34,831 bases of DNA from Nemertoderma westbladi (taxonomy: Eukaryota > Animalia > Xenacoelomorpha): positions 1 to 34,831 of the forward strand of contig JAUCBJ010006424.1 of NCBI GenBank assembly GCA_032718475.1, in the 5' to 3' direction. Shown here piece by piece: positions 33,936 to 34,831 of this stretch. A program made the translations under genes and the position numbers. Each line of letters begins with the position of its first letter. The stretch's first letter is position 1. The notes beneath the pieces are model-generated. The model made no database searches and was not told the origin of the DNA. It saw only the letters and a list, made by a program, of their open reading frames with translations.

Positions 33936-34396
33936 GTAGGTACAGGGAAGAGTGGTACAGGGGAGAGCCGATGCCACAGGTTGGTACAGGGGAGAGCCGA
34001 TGCCACAGGTTGGTACAGGGAAGAGCCGGTGCCACAGGTTGGTACAGGGGAGAGCCGATGCCACAGGTTGGTACAGGGGAGAGCCGATGCCACAGGTTGG
34101 TACAGGGGAGAGCCGATGCCACAGGTTGGTACAGGGGAGAGCCGATGCCACAGGTTGGTACATGGGAGAGCCGGTGCCACAGGTTGCTACAGGGGAGAGC
34201 CGATGCCACAGGTTGGTACAGGGGAGAGCCAATGCCACAGGTTGGTACAGGGGATAGCCGGTGCCACAGCTTGGTACAGGGGATAGCCGGTGCCACAGCT
34301 TGGTACAGGGGATAGCCGATACCCCAGGTTGGTACAGGGGAGAGCCGGTACCACAGGTTGGTACAGGGAAGAGCCGGTGCCACAGGTTGGTACAGG
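33890..34396 (+). repeat. 29-bp minisatellite (GTTGGTACAGGGGAGAGCCGATGCCACAG), roughly 16-17 units, overlapping a PCM1-like exon end
   Basis: Direct tandem repeats; they generate the overlapping repetitive ORFs in all six frames. Confidence 0.95.
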
Positions 34397-34613
34397 ACGC
34401 CCATAGAGGGGGGGGGGGGGGGGGGGGGGGGATCTAATATGTCAAATCGCTCGATTTAGCTACTATATATGAGTTCATCGGACGGGAGATGCCACACTAC
34501 GGATGTGAGTTTTCCGGAATTATGTTTCCTGATTCACCAATGCCAGTCCACTATAAGAGCCATATTATTTCATCATCCTACCTCATTCACTCATTATTAA
34601 TCTTGTTGTTTAG

Positions 34614-34767
34614 ATCGGATCAGCAGACCCTATTGGATTCAAAACCCAAACGAATTTATCGCCGAACGAGGCTGAGTTAGGCGATCTTTGGGATAAACTA
34701 CAGTCCTTGGAGGAGAAAGAACGACGTATGGGGCAGTTGGTTCACCGACTGGGCACACTGACCCAAG
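34614..34767 (+). CDS. PCM1: Coding exon of PCM1-like gene; the gene continues beyond the window
   Basis: Acceptor tgtttAG at 34612-34613, 154-nt open frame in phase 0, donor G|GTAAAT at 34768. DLWDKLQSLEEKERRMGQLVHRLGTL resembles recalled PCM1 ELFSKMRVLQEKKQKMDKLLGELHTL. Confidence 0.75.
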
Positions 34768-34831
34768 GTAAATACTAAATAAGTACTTTGTACCGCAAAA
34801 GGATTACACGTGCAATACTGGTACGCGTTGT

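Noticed and set aside
33818-34404. Several overlapping repetitive ORFs on both strands
   Set aside because: They are a by-product of a stop-poor 29-bp minisatellite; only the exon starting at 33800 is supported.

Overview
This is AT-rich animal (invertebrate-like) genomic DNA with spliceosomal GT-AG introns; the species cannot be named from the sequence alone. The main structure is a + strand PCM1-like gene (pericentriolar material 1, a centriolar satellite scaffold). It has one coding exon at 399-555 and its next coding exons at 32702-32978, 33800-33908/33935 and 34614-34767. The splice phases match and both sides resemble consecutive segments of PCM1 as I recall it, so 556-32701 appears to be a single ~32-kb intron. 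Six protein-coding genes are nested in that interval: two intronless DCLK (doublecortin-like kinase) paralogues, intronless TANGO6/RTP1, a charged orphan ORF, a 3-coding-exon C2H2 zinc-finger gene, and a 2-exon short single-domain L-asparaginase. The two DCLK copies share near-identical nucleotide tracts over the catalytic core, and one copy has DFG changed to DFS. The non-coding space holds several non-autonomous DNA transposons with readable TIRs and target-site duplications (TSDs), some nested. It also holds a transposon end amplified into a 37-bp satellite, a Helentron/DINE-like element whose ~147-bp repeats each carry a CTCF-like motif, a 29-bp minisatellite that has multiplied a splice donor, and eleven long poly-G/C tracts. 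All homology calls come from recognised motifs and remembered sequences, not from database searches.
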